The notes: generated by a model not told the origin, from the letters alone. DNA of 64,000 nucleotides from Octopus sinensis (GCF_006345805.1 NC_043006.1:104284001-104348000), one strand, 5' to 3'. Counted from the first letter of the stretch, positions 1 through 13,020 are shown. Translations and numbers: made by a program.

Positions 1-58
<58 letters not shown>

Positions 59-1152
59 TTATAAAGTATGGTACATGTTCTCTCAGTTCCTATTGCCGAA
101 CCTCTAATTTACGGGGACGTAAACACACCAAAACCGGTTGTCAACCGGTGGTGGGAACAAACACATACTCAAATAAACACACACACAAACACACTTAAAT
201 ATATATATATATATATAATATATATATATATATATACACCTGCCCAAGCAGTGGGAATGAACCCGGAACTATGTAATTGGGATTACCACGAAGCCACAGT
301 AAATATATATATGCAATACACTCCTACTTATGCAGCAGAAACACGTGTCGGTGTGTAATATGAGGAAAATGGTTTTTGATAAATATATATTTTTAAATGT
401 ATAATTCTCAAATTCTTCGTCAATAGGTCTTGATATTATAGTCTGTATTCCACATGAAATCCATTGAAGCGAAATTAGGTTTTACCAATCAAAGCGAGTT
501 CACTTTAATTGCTTTTTCTAAACTACTTTAAATGTTTCTTATAATTCAGTGCGATTAGCCAAGTCGGGATTATCTCATGGTGCTGGTGAGGTGTCCGCCT
601 AGATTTAAAATCTCTACTCCTTTGCGTTATATTAACATTTATCATTTATTATTTTCTTTCTTCCTTTTATCACTTACTTCTTTCAGCTACCAGATTGCAG
701 CCATGCTGGAGCACTGCCTTGTGGAATCCTAATCGAAACAACCGGCCCCATGATTGATTTATTATTGTTATGGCGGCAAAGTGGCAGAGTCTTTAGCACA
801 CCGTACAAAATCCCTAGGGTGCATATCATCCGTCTTTACATTCTCAGTTCAAATTCCGCTATGATTGACATTGCTTTCATGCTTATTTAATCGATCTTTT
901 CGGGGTCGATTACATAAGTACTAGTGGAACACTGGGGTTGATGTAATCCACTAGCCAACTTACCCCAAATTTCAGAATTTCAGTAAATCCTAAATCTGGA
1001 AAAGAAGCACACTCCTACGTCATAGAGCAGCAGAGTGGGACCTGACGAAACGTTTGTAAAGCTGGGCGCCTTTATGGACGCTAAACCCTGGCTAACACCA
1101 TGAACCCGCCATAACTATCTCTCTCTCTAGCTCTTTATATATATAAATATAT

Positions 1153-1195
<43 letters not shown>

Positions 1196-1319
1196 AGATG
1201 AATAATATTGTTGCAGATTAATCAAAAGTTTAACCGATACCTTGGTAGCAAAAATCACAGCAGAATAAAGGAATTCTGTTTCAGTCTTCGTTCAACTCCA
1301 TTTCTTCAATTCACTAATA

Positions 1320-1372
<53 letters not shown>

Positions 1373-2597
1373 CTGTTTATATTTCGTACTGTCGTTACTG
1401 TCCTGTTTTTGTTACTATTTTTACCCCTCCGCAAAAAGATCTCAAATTTTATTTAATTTGCTTTTCGCGGGAAAGAGAGTTTCTATCGAAGATGCGTATC
1501 GCCTTCACCTTCGAAACGCAGAGTAGATGAAACCATGGCGACTGAAGAAGGGGAATTTTCCTTGTGTTATTTGTCCTGTACTCTATCTTTTCGTTGTTTA
1601 AGAAAAATGTCTATTTTCTTGGTTTTGTGTTTATGTTTTCGTTTCTCATTGTGTTCGACGTTTTTTTTGGTGTCCTGTACCCATATATGCATGTATATAT
1701 ACATGTAGAGGTAGGTAGTACATACATGTATGTATATATGCATATGTTTTATTTATTAATTTATTATATATATATATATAGGATAAATGTAAAAAAACAC
1801 AAACTGGGACATGAACGTAAAACATTTAGAAGACGATACAAAAAAACTGACGGGACATTCGAAGCCTTCGATCTTCAGTCAAAAACCGGATCATCTTTGC
1901 TGATTAATTTTGACGTTAGATATATATATATATATACAATATATATATATATACATATATATGTGTGTGCGTGTGTGTCTGTCTGTCTGTCTATTTGTAC
2001 GTATATATATACATATATATGTGTGTGTGTGTGTGTCTGTCTGTCTATTTGTACGTGCCCGAACGCGCGAGCGAATCCGCGTACATGTGTTTGAGTGTAT
2101 ATGTACGTGTGTGTATGTGTGTATGCGTGTGTGTGAGTTCATTTGCGTTTGTGTTTCTGAATTTCTTCTGGTGGTTAGCTTAGAGACAAATATGTCAGCG
2201 TCGCTCTTCGCCTACGATTCCCTTCCCATTTCTGGGACTCGTTTTAAATAACTCAGCTTTCACATTCCCTCAGTCGCTTTCAACCACCCCCCCTCTCTCT
2301 CTCCCTTTCTCTCTTTCTCTCGCTTTACCTATTTATCCACCTCTCCCTCTCTTTCTCTCTCCTTCTTTCGTACACATCCACATACGCACACACACCGCAT
2401 TTTCTATTTCTTTCGCTTAATCCCTTTTAAAATTCCCCTACTTTCACCTTCTCTCTTTTCCCCTCTCTCTGCATTATCTTTGATCTCTCTCACATTTTTA
2501 ACTCTTTTCCTCCTTCTCTCTAAGTATATACACATACACATGCACACACACATATATATGCATACATACACGCATACCTAAATATATGTATATATAG

Positions 2598-2652
<55 letters not shown>

Positions 2653-2671
2653 TATATACATACACACACAC

Positions 2672-2720
<49 letters not shown>

Positions 2721-2837
2721 TGTGTGTGTGTATGTGTATATATATTATATGTGCTTATGTGCTGTGTGTGTGCGTATATATACATATATACATACACACA
2801 GCCACACATTGATAAAGTGAGAGAGGGAAAACAGGCG

Positions 2838-2940
2838 AGAGAGAGACGTAGAGTGAGAGAGAGACGTAGGGTGAGAGAGAGACGTAGAGTGAGAGAGAGA
2901 CGTAGAGTGAGAGAGAGACGTAGAGTGAGAGAGAGACGTG
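2838..2940 (+). repeat. 20-bp minisatellite GAGAGAGACGTAGAGTGAGA x5
   Basis: Direct inspection. Confidence 0.9.
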
Positions 2941-3367
2941 GGGAGAGAGAAAGAGAGAAATGGTTGCCATATAGAGTTTATCACGTCAGTGCGCGCGCAT
3001 ATGTGTGTGTGTATGTTCACGCACGCGTATGTGTAGCTAGTGTGTGTGTGTGTGTGCGTCTGCCTGACTGTGTGCCACCACCGCCCTTTCACTGCTGAGT
3101 GGTGATTTTTTTGTGTGTGAGTAACCTGAGATGTGTGTGTATGTGTGAACGTGTGAAAATGTGTGTGAGGGAGTGTTGGGCGCGTTTTTCTGTGTTCGCG
3201 TGTGTGTTTAATCCAGCATGTGTGAGCGCGTGTTCATGTGCGGCCGTGTGCGTATGTGTATGTGTATGTATGTATATGCGTTTGTGTATGTGTGTGTGTG
3301 TGTGCTTGCGTGCCAGCGCCCTTTCAATGCTAATTTTATTATGAAGAAGGGGGATTACAAGAAAGTA

Positions 3368-3483
3368 ATCACTACGACGACCGCTACAACCACCACCACC
3401 ACCACTACTACCACTACTACCACCACCACCACCACCACCACCACCACCACCACCACCACCACCACTACCACTACTGCTGCTGC
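3368..3483 (+). repeat. (ACC/ACT)n microsatellite
   Basis: Direct inspection; explains the poly-Thr and poly-Gly ORFs. Confidence 0.9.
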
Positions 3484-3572
3484 TCACTCAAAATACCATC
3501 ATCCATCCCACTTTTTTTTAATAATAATTGTGCTTAACAGATTAGGAAGGAACAGGGACAATGAGCAGCCTT

Positions 3573-3632
3573 TAGCTGATGTCGCTAAAGTCTAAGCTTT
3601 AATCTAGATTAGCACTTAAGCGACATCAGCTA
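3573..3632. ncRNA. 60-nt hairpin of pre-miRNA size (candidate only)
   Basis: TAGCTGATGTCGCTAAAGTCTAA pairs with TTAGCACTTAAGCGACATCAGCTA (one mismatch, one bulge), 13-nt loop. Confidence 0.35.
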
Positions 3633-3749
3633 CGTTTTGGATCAGGATGTAAGTAACAATGTTGTTTTTCACAATAAACACAATAAACGTTGAGAAAAAG
3701 AAAAATTTTTTACCGCGCTCCTTTTTATGCAGGTCAAAATTATTGATTA

Positions 3750-3763
3750 GGGCGGAGCCAATG
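3750..3763. promoter_or_regulatory. Adjacent GC-box and NF-Y CCAAT box
   Basis: GGGCGGAG at 3750-3757 directly followed by CCAAT at 3758-3762. Confidence 0.35.
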
Positions 3764-3939
3764 TGTTTGCTTGTAAATTAGTAAGGTTCGCGCTTTTGAT
3801 TTTAGAGGTAAAGATGGAAGGGGAGGTAGCCTTTGGTAAATTTTATAAAAATCGGCTTATGTCGATCAGTTTCAGACCTGGTTTTATCCATTTTGTCTAT
3901 CTGACTTGGCAAGACCTTATTTATTTCATTTTATTTTAT

Positions 3940-4800
3940 GTATTGCTTCCAAAGTTTGGCTCAAAGCCCAGTAATTTCGGGGGAGATGGCTGCTAGTTGA
4001 TTACATTGGCGGCATCGTACTTATTTTATCGATCCCGAAAGGATGAAAGGCGAAGTCGGCCTCGGAAGAATTTGAACTCAAAAGAGGCGGACGAAATGTT
4101 ACGAGGCATTTCGTCTAGTGTGCCTCGCAGCTTTGATTAATTATTTTATTTATTATATTGCTTTCAAATTTTGGCACAAGGCCAGCAATTTCAGGGGATA
4201 GGTCGATTACATCGATATCAGTGTTCAATTAGTACTTATTTTTCAACCCTGAAAGGATGAAAGGCGAAGTCGACCTTGGCGGTATTTTTTTAAACTTACA
4301 ATGTAAAAAAAAATAAGCTAGAGGAAATTCCCGCTCAGCATTTTTTTTTTGCCCAGCGTGCGAACGATTCTGCCAATTCGCCTGGTAAGGCGGCGAACTG
4401 GCAGAAACGTTAGCGCGCCGGGCGAAATGCGTAGCCGTATTTCGTCTGCCGCTACGTTCAGAGTTCAAATTCCGCCGAGGTCGACTTTGCCTTTCATCCT
4501 TGCGTGGGTCGATGAAATAAGTACCAGTTCCGCACTAGGGTCGATATAATCGACAAGCTCCTTTCCCCTAAAATTTTCAGGGCCTTGTGCCTAGAGTAGA
4601 AATAATTTATTTCATATTAAGTTTCAAATTTTAGTACAAGGCCAGCAATTTCGGGGAAACGATTACATCAACAACCCCCAACGCCCTCGAAAGTATGAAA
4701 GGCAAAGTCGACCTCAGCGGAATTTGAAGAAAGAACGTAAAACTGGGTGAAATACCGTTAAGTATTTATTTACCCGGCGTGCGAACGACTCCGCTAGCTC
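3940..4800. mobile_element. Cluster of four SINE-A copies in alternating orientation
   Basis: Core GAGGTCGACTTTGCCTTTCATCC / GGATGAAAGGCAAAGTCGACCTC at about 4040, 4255, 4480 and 4695. Confidence 0.85.
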
Positions 4801-5000
4801 ACTGGTTTATCTTGTTTTTATATTACCAGTTGAAAAACTTAGGTTTTCTCTCTTGTAAATAAATAACTAATATAAGGCCAGATATGAAATGAGACCACAT
4901 TTGCCACCGGCTTTGTAAGGAAAGTTGGGTAATAGAATACACCGACAGAACAAGTCATTGGACCGAGCACGTTCAACTAAGGTTTTGCATATTATATTTT

Positions 5001-5316
5001 ATTTTATTTATGCGCCCTTTTCAAGCCTAGCTAGGCTCACGGGCCCGGTTTCCCGGCTTCTGTGACGTATTTGTTCCCCCCAGCTGGACAGGACACCAGT
5101 CCATCGCAGTGTTACCCAAGAAACAGGAAGAAAGAGTGAGAGAAAGTTGGGGCGAAAGAGTAGAAACAGGTGTCGCCAACCACCACCCATGACGGAGCCT
5201 CGTGGAGCTTTAGGTGTTTTCGTTCACTAAACACACACAACGCCCGGTCTGAGAATCGAAACCGCGATACTCCAACCGCGAGTCCGCTGCTCTAACCACT
5301 GGGCCTTTGCGCCTCC
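5001..5316 (-). mobile_element. SINE family B (tRNA-Arg-like head)
   Basis: Head GGAGGCGCAAAGGCCCAGTGGTTAGAGCAGCGGACTCGCGG..GGTTTCGATTC with a TCG anticodon-like loop. Confidence 0.85.
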
Positions 5317-5513
5317 ATTTTGCATATTATATAGAATATAGTATTGTCCAAATATGAAATGAGGCTACATTTTCTCTCGGCTTTGCATAATAGGTCCTTA
5401 AATAGAAGAGAGAAAATTGTATTTACACAAGCAGCGGAAGCCATTCGATCAGTCACACACATGTGTTTGTTTGTCTGTAAAAGTACATGATGGAGAAATG
5501 TAATGATCTCGGG

Positions 5514-5917
5514 CTCAGGCATGGCAGTGAAGTAAGGAGCTTGCTTACAAACCACACGGTTCCGGGTTCAGCCCCACTGCGTGGAACCTTGGGCAAGTGT
5601 CTTCTACTGTAGCCTTGGGCCGACCAAAGCGTTGTGAGTGGATTTGGTAGACGGCAACTGAAAGAAGCCTGCCATATGTGTGTGTATGTGTGTGTGTGTT
5701 TGTGTGTACATGTCTTTGTGTCTGTTTGCCTTTCACCACCGCTTGACAACCGGCGTTGGTGTGTTTACGTTCCCGTAACTTAGTGATTCAGCAAAATATC
5801 TCGATAGAATGAATACTAGGCTTTTAAAAAGCAAGTCCTCGAGTCCTCGATTAAAAGCAAACCTCTTAAGGCGATGCTCCAGCTTGGCCGCAGTCAAAGG
5901 ACTTAGCAAAGGGTAAA
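5514..5917 (+). mobile_element. SINE family C
   Basis: Full length, diverged. Other partial C copies lie near 62-300, 12313-12417, 15547-15775, 30600-30660, 31690-31918, 45620-46075, 51180-51305, 56370-56520 and 56890-57075. Confidence 0.85.
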
Positions 5918-6057
5918 AAACGTTTCTATTTTTATTTCCACTTTCGAGAAAAGCATGGATGTTAGACAATAAGGTAATAAAGGAACATGGATAAAGTAAA
6001 ATTTACTGGAAACAAAATCTAAAGAACAGTTTCTCTTCAAATATAAAAGTATCCTGA

Positions 6058-6700
6058 GCAATGTTTCACAACCTTTCTTTCCGGTGCCCCACTTTTTAAT
6101 AACAAATTTTCCAGGGCCTCACTTTTTAATAACAAAAAATCTGGTGCCCATCAATATTTTTTTTTAATAAAGAAAAACACATTTTTTAATTCAGTTACCT
6201 GGCTGACGGATAACTCGACTAATTTAGTGAAAGTCCTGTGCCTGGTGCATACGGCACAGATCCTTGATTTGAGGAGGCAATTTCGTTAACTGCAGCCGTA
6301 AATCGCCACATTTTGTAATTTCAAGCTGGTTTCTCTTGGCTTCCAGCAAATTGTCAACTGCATTAAATCCACATTCGATCAAATAAGACGAAGGAAAGCG
6401 AATCAATAGTTTATCTTGGACAATAGATATTGAAACAGGAAAACAAACGCCTAACAAATGCTCCTCACTCGGTACACTGAGAGGTCATAGCTACATCGAT
6501 TCCCATAGTTTAAGTATAAATATTGCATGGCAATGTTTTTTGTTTTTTTTTTTTCATTTCAATTTCCAAAGACAGGCTTAGGTTCGACAAGTGTGCGCTC
6601 TCGAGTCACTTGCAAAAATTTTCCCAGCCCAGGCTTACGCACGCCGCACCCCAATTTTCCCACGCCCCACGTTCGGAAATATTGATCCTGAGGTATATAT
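6058..6700 (-). mobile_element. hAT (Charlie/Buster-like) deletion derivative with transposase dimerisation-domain fragment
   Basis: ORF 6224-6457: LLIRFPSSYLIECGFNAVDNLL..KRNQLEITKCGDLRLQLTKL. Decayed CAGTG(T/G)TTC-type ends. Confidence 0.7.
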
Positions 6701-7008
6701 AAATTTTTAATATTGATTCCTAACGTAGACTCAAGGGTTCGAAGTTGAAGGAGGGGAGTACGATCGATCGTAATCAACCTGAGTGTTTGATTGGTACATT
6801 TATTCTTATCAACCCTCGCAAAGATAAAAAGATGAAAGGTGAAGCTGTCTTCGGTAACTAAATACCGGAAAATGTTTTAACCGATTCTTTAACGATTCTA
6901 CCAAGCAGCATTGACGATTATTGATTAGTGAAAATTGGTTGAGAAGATATATTTATACATACATACATTCATATATACGTACATACATACATACATACAT
7001 TCATATTC

Positions 7009-7043
<35 letters not shown>

Positions 7044-7076
7044 ATATACATGTATGTGTGTGTGTATAGGTCTCTA

Positions 7077-7108
<32 letters not shown>

Positions 7109-7151
7109 ATATATATATATATACATGTATGTGTGTGTGTATAGGTCTCTA

Positions 7152-7201
<50 letters not shown>

Positions 7202-7534
7202 CCAGGTGCACATGAACCGCGTAATAGGGGACATGTTCAATTTGCCATACCCTATTGATTACTGCGTCAGCATTACAACTTATTACGATATACATGTACA
7301 TATATGTATGCACCTTTGTGTGTATACCTGTATATCTCTGCTTGTGTTAGAACACATTATAAGGCAGATATAAAGTGAGTGTCGATAAAACACCGTGTGT
7401 GCTTTCTTTCGTTTTGATTGACTAGAGACACAGAAAACAAGCAGCACAATACGATACACGCCATCCTACACACACACATACACACACATATATAGATAGA
7501 TAGATAGATAGATAGATAGATGGATAGATAGATG

Positions 7535-7590
<56 letters not shown>

Positions 7591-7595
7591 TAGTT

Positions 7596-7889
7596 ATGAT
7601 TGATTGTTCCTTCTTGAGCCACGCCTGGCTCATAAGGGCCGGTTTCCTTGGCGTATAGGTTCCCAATCTGGACGGGATGCCGGTCCATCGCAAGTGTGCT
7701 GCAAGATGGGGGAGGAAAGAGTGAAAGTTGTGGCGAAAGAGTCAGGAGAAGTTTGGCATTACCCTCTGCGGGAGCCGCGTGGAGCTTAGGTGTTTCGCTC
7801 ATAAACACACACATCACCCGGTCTGAGATTCGAACCCGCGATCTCTCGACCGCGAGTCCGCTGCTCTAACCACTAGACCATGTGCCTCC
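7596..7889 (-). mobile_element. SINE family B
   Basis: Same head and tail as 5001-5316. Confidence 0.85.
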
Positions 7890-8638
7890 ACAGACGTGTG
7901 TCCAGTGAACACCTTAGTGGACTCACATCTTTTTTTCTCATAAGGATAAATATGAATCTCCCAGATTTTATTCTGCTATTTCCTGTCCTTTGTAAAAATC
8001 TTGTTCATGCTTCTTGCACTGAAGAGTACAGCGATATATAATTAATTCAATTAATTCAATTCAACCATAAATTTGCATAATTTTTATAACTCTGTACGAA
8101 ACGATCGTCTGCATGAATTAAAAAATCTCTTATATATTTTAACAACGTCTTCTCCATTTTTTAACAAAATCGTTGAGTTTTTATGGGATTCCTTTCCATA
8201 AATACACAACTCATCTTATACAAATGTTATTTTCATATTCGCAGATTTACGCCCGTAAACTACCAGCAAAATATGAAGACTCAATCTTAGAAATCTTTTT
8301 TTGGAAACCTCCAAATTAAAGATTGAATCTAATTCAATCTTTTTACACGCAGTAACCCCCGCCCCACACATAGTTCAAATTTACAGAAAACAAAAGATGA
8401 AGGACCAAGAAACAGGTATATTAGTTTGACGCTCGACAAGAATGGAAAAGCCATTAACGTTTTGAGCCGGTGCTTTTCGACAGAAGGATTAAGTCGGGGG
8501 GGGGGGAATGGAGAGAGAGCGGAAAGAAAAACTGAGAGAGTAAAATATTGTGTGGTGATTAACGGTTCAAAATGACCAGAAGAAAGAAGTCGAGTGAAAT
8601 ATAGATAGATAGACAGACAGACAGACATATAGATAGAT

Positions 8639-8721
<83 letters not shown>

Positions 8722-8725
<4 letters not shown>

Positions 8726-8976
8726 CGTTTCTTTATTAGCCACACAGGGCTGAACACAGACGGGACAAATTACAAAGTAGAGCTTTTCTTTTTTGGGGTG
8801 GGGGGAAGTGAGGTAGGTTTTCGATCAAAAGGGATCATAAAAAGGAAAGAAAAACTTATAAAATATAATAAAATAATAAATGATCAATAGGGATCGTGTA
8901 TCACAGATATGTCATGATGTAAAGTGTAAATGGGGGAACAGATAAGGTTTATCCGTGGAAAGAAAAGCCTACGGAG

Positions 8977-8980
<4 letters not shown>
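8722..8980 (-). mobile_element. LINE-like 3' end fragment inserted in (GATA)n
   Basis: (GATA)n on both sides; terminus TTTCTTTATTAGCCACACAGGGCTGAACACAGACGGGACAAA is shared with the SINE-A tail. Confidence 0.5.
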
Positions 8981-9041
<61 letters not shown>

Positions 9042-10202
9042 GTGTATAATTTTTGCTAGCTGAGCTGAATCTGCTTTACTATTGGTCACATTCATCGTCA
9101 GCCAATGGTCGGTCGGGTCGCTTCTTGGTCAGTAATTATGTTAGAATGCCACCAGATTATTAAAACGATTACTGCACTTTGTATTTTCTGCGCATGTGTT
9201 GGTGCGGTGTGTATCGAAAACTGGAATGGATTATTCAAAGGAATGCGAAACCAGATTAGACAACTCCCTTAGTTGTGCCGTGAAATAGTTACCGTGTTTT
9301 TCTTTTACTTTACTTTTCATTTTTTTTTTTTTTCCCGGTCTCTTATTTTACAGAAAACAAACATCAGAGAAACAAATGTATGCAAAATAACGCGCACAGA
9401 ATATAGGTGTTTATAGAAAGAAAATACATTTACATATATATTGTAAAAAGTAACTAAAACTAAATTTATTTATTTATTAGATAATTTATTTATTTATCAA
9501 CAACACGAAAAAAAGAAAACCATATTTGAGATATTAAAATTCGCGATATTAAAATTTCTGCTAAAATGAAAACTGTTTTCAAGATTTTATTTTTATTTTT
9601 TGGGTCTTGTTGAAGATCATAATTGTTTATCACGTTTTTGATGCTGTTGTTGTTGATATCTTCGAATTTCTTCTTTTGGTTGGTTTCTTCTCCGAGGATA
9701 AATAAATTTTTGCAGTTTAACACTTGTTTTCAGTTTGTTAAATACTTCCAGTCACCGAGAGAAAGTGGTGAGAGTGTGAAAGTGAGGAGAGGCTAATCGA
9801 AAATAAACTCAGCTTTTGTCAGAGATTGATGTTAGTGTTAATATATTTAATAAATAATAGGAGAAAAATTTTATAAAAACAGATATTGTTAAATAAACAC
9901 CGTACCATCAGAGAAATCTACTAACAATCTGTGTCGGTAGTTAGTTAACAGATAGAGACACAGTTCAAAATTGGAATAACTTGGGGGAAACAATGTTAGA
10001 CAATGAATAAGCAATTTTTATATTTATTTTTAGAAGCAAGGGTGACAAATCCATGTTTGTTCGTTTCTTATTATGACCACATCAGCAATGCATGTGTTCG
10101 ATGAACTCCTTAACCGACGGCTAATATCTGCCAGTTTTTTGATAATAAATTCTTCCCATCAGGCCCTTAACAAATAAATGAATGACTGAATAAGTACCAA
10201 TA

Positions 10203-10582
10203 GGCACAGCCGTGGCCGTGTGGTAAAAAGCTTGCTTCCCAACCACATGGCTCCGGGTTCAGTCCACTGCGTGACTCGGGCCGGTCATAGCTTTGTTAGT
10301 GGAATTGGTAGACGGAAACTGAAAGAAGCCCATCGTATATATATGTATAATGTGTGCGTGTGTGTGTTTGCATCTGTGTTGTCTCTCTACTATCGCTTGA
10401 CAACCGATGTCGCTGTGTTTACGTCCCCGTAACCCAGCGGTTCAACGAAGAGATTTATGCGATAAGTTCTAGGCTTACAAGGAATAAGTCCTGTGGTCGA
10501 ATTGTTCGAATAAAAAACCCTTCAAGGCGGTGCTCCAGCATGTCCGCAGTTAAATGACTGAAACAAGTAAAAGATTAAAAGA
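10203..10582 (+). mobile_element. SINE family C
   Basis: Near full length with an internal deletion. Confidence 0.85.
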
Positions 10583-10839
10583 ACCTAACAATGGGAAAAC
10601 TACCTGTGTCCTTGGTTTAATTAAAGGTAATATGTAGGGAAAAAAGAAAACAGAATGAAAGCGTTGGGAGAGGAAGAAATCTAAAGAAAGAAGAAAGGCA
10701 GTGGAGGAGAGTTTATTTATTTCATGGTGGTCTGATCTCGCTGCCTCATTTCGCTTTTATTTATTTTCATATGTATCTAATAACCTTCATCTTTACCTAC
10801 ATACGGCGCGTAAATCCTATCAATATTATAAACATAGAA

Positions 10840-11370
10840 AGGCAGAGAGCTGGCAGAAACGTTCGCCAGCCGGGCGAAATGCTTAGCGATATTTCGTCCG
10901 TCTTCACGTTCTTAGTTCAAATTCCGTCAAGATCCACTTCGCCTTTCATCCTTTCAGGGTCGATAAATTAAATACCAGTTGCGTACTGGAGTCGATCTAA
11001 TCGGCTGGCCTCATCCCGCAAAATTTCGGGCCTTGTGCCTAGAGTAGAAAAGAATCGTTAACAAACCGGACGAAATGCTTAGTGACATTTCGTCCGTCTT
11101 CACGTTCTTAGTCCAAATTCCGTCAAGATCCACTTCGCCTTTCATCCTTTCAGGTTCGATAAATTAAGTACCAGTTGCGTACTGGAGTCGATCTAATCGG
11201 CTGGCCTCCTCCCGCAAAATTTCGGGCCTTGTGCCTAGAGTAGAAACGAATCGTTAACAAACCGGACGAAATGTCACTAAGCATTTCGTCCGTCTTCACG
11301 TTCTGAGTTCAAATTCCGGCGAGGTCGATTTTGCCTTTCATCCTTTCGAGGTTGATAAAAGAAGTAGCAT
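10840..11370 (+). mobile_element. Tandem triplication of SINE-A (tail type 2)
   Basis: ~195-bp units starting near 10860, 11056 and 11251. Confidence 0.9.
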
Positions 11371-11417
11371 TTGAGCTCTAGATTCGATTTAATCGATTTA
11401 ATTCACCCCAGAAATTG

Positions 11418-11454
<37 letters not shown>

Positions 11455-12415
11455 ACACACACACACACACACACATTTTTTGTGTATCTTGTATGTACAT
11501 ACACCTATACATACACATTATATACTTTCATTCTCGCTACTTGTTCTCATTCAAAATGCTAATTTCTCTCAGCTCTTTTAACCCATTGTCTGTCCAAGGC
11601 ATTTTCATATGTTTGTCCCAAATCATCCGTGCTTGTTTTCACTTAGACCAGGTTTCATACGTTCTGAGTTATATAAAGCTTTCCTTCCATAAGTCCCGAG
11701 TTACTAGGGTAGTTGAAAACCTTTGGCAACGAATATCATATTTGATGCATGGACGCCAGGGAGATATGCCTTATTTATCACATGCGATACACAGGGCACA
11801 GAAATTCGGCACCCTAATGATGAACTTCGGATGAACCCAAAATACATATACGCGATGTTTATGAATTATAGTATCAGACATATTTTTTACATTACCGCAA
11901 AGTAAAAATCTTAAATAGAATATATTGCTATGAAAGACTTAAGTATGAACTAGATTCTCACTTTTATAAAATATTTGTTTCAGATTTTAGCACAAGATCA
12001 TCAGTTTTGGTGGAGGAGACACGTCGATTAGATCGACGCCAATGCTCAACTGGTACTTATTTTATCGACCCCGAATGGATGAAAGGCAAAGTCAATCTCG
12101 GCAGAGTTTAACCCCAGAACGTAGAGAGAAACGAAATACCATGCCGGCGATTCTGCTTCGATTCTGCCTCTTCGTCGCCTTTAAAAACGTATCAACGTTG
12201 CTCTTATGCGTTAATTGAATACAGCGTACTGACTTAAATATATCGAGTGCTCTCCAATTTGAGCCATAGTATCAACATACTTTTACAAAATACTAAAAAC
12301 TTTCACAAATAAGCGCAGGCGTGGCTGTGTGGTAAGAAGCTTCCAAACCACATGATTCTGGGATCAGTCCCAATGCGGGACACCTTGGTCAAGTGTCTTC
12401 TACTACAGCCTCAGG

Positions 12416-13020
12416 CTAGCATATTTTTAAAATATGCTAGGCCACTGGTTTTAATTGATTAATATCAATTTCTACCCTTATTTAATTTTGAATAAAAAAA
12501 TGTTCTCTAACCGGTAAATTAACTGCTGTAGTTTATTAAGTGCAGAGTAATTTCCGATCTCAGCGCGCCAAAGTGAAGGCATTTGAATGATACACATAAA
12601 TATAATTTGTGGAGCTTTATACATGCTGGATTTCGGTCGAGCGCCCTGTATCTAATTCTAGAAATTGTATTTCGTAAACGACAGACTACGCTGACGATCT
12701 TGCAGATGTTAACGTATCCATATACGTAAATATTAACAAGTGAAACTAATTAGTACGTAGGTAATCGTTTTATTTCCGTATATTTTCATTTGTCTTATTT
12801 TTAAACTTTGGTTTTTGCTGAATCTTTTTTCTTGAGAACACATTCTTCGTGGTAAATGGCGAGTTTGACGTCTATATCTAGCATGCTTGCTGTCCACTAT
12901 TAGTGGTCATTCCTCTAAATTTTGTATGTATAAAATTTTTAATCTTCGGATTAAAAAAAAAATATGCTAGGCCACTGGTTTTAATTGATTAATATCAATT
13001 TTTACCCTTATTTAATTTTA
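12416..13020. repeat. Unclassified dispersed repeat with internal direct duplication; homologous copy at about 38610-39130
   Basis: AAAATATGCTAGGCCACTGGTTTTAATTGATTAATATCAATT at 12429 and 12958. CTAGCATG..GTCCACT..GGTCAT.CCTCTAA is shared between 12878 and 38640. Confidence 0.6.

Noticed and set aside
1036-1060. CTGACGAAACG
   Set aside because: No helix II between CUGACGA and GAAA, and no helix I.
1481-1526. TCTA-TCGAAGA...CGAAACGCA-GTAGA, resembling a hammerhead
   Set aside because: Core reads TCGAAGA, there is no convincing helix II, and there is no NUH. It may be an old relic but cannot be supported.
1845-1885. Minus-strand CTGAAGA-TCGAAGGCTTCGA-ATGTC
   Set aside because: GAAA is incomplete and helix I does not pair.
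2838-2940. Regularly spaced 20-bp repeats (also the 56-bp units at 39411 and the 195-bp units at 10860) as a CRISPR-like array
   Set aside because: Head-to-tail tandem units without unique spacers, in a eukaryotic context, with no cas genes.
3089-3487. Gly/Ser-rich ORF
   Set aside because: Derived from (ACC/ACT)n and (CA)n microsatellites.
12688-12722. TACG-CTGACGA-TCT/AGA...CGTA
   Set aside because: Lacks the GAAA strand of the hammerhead core.
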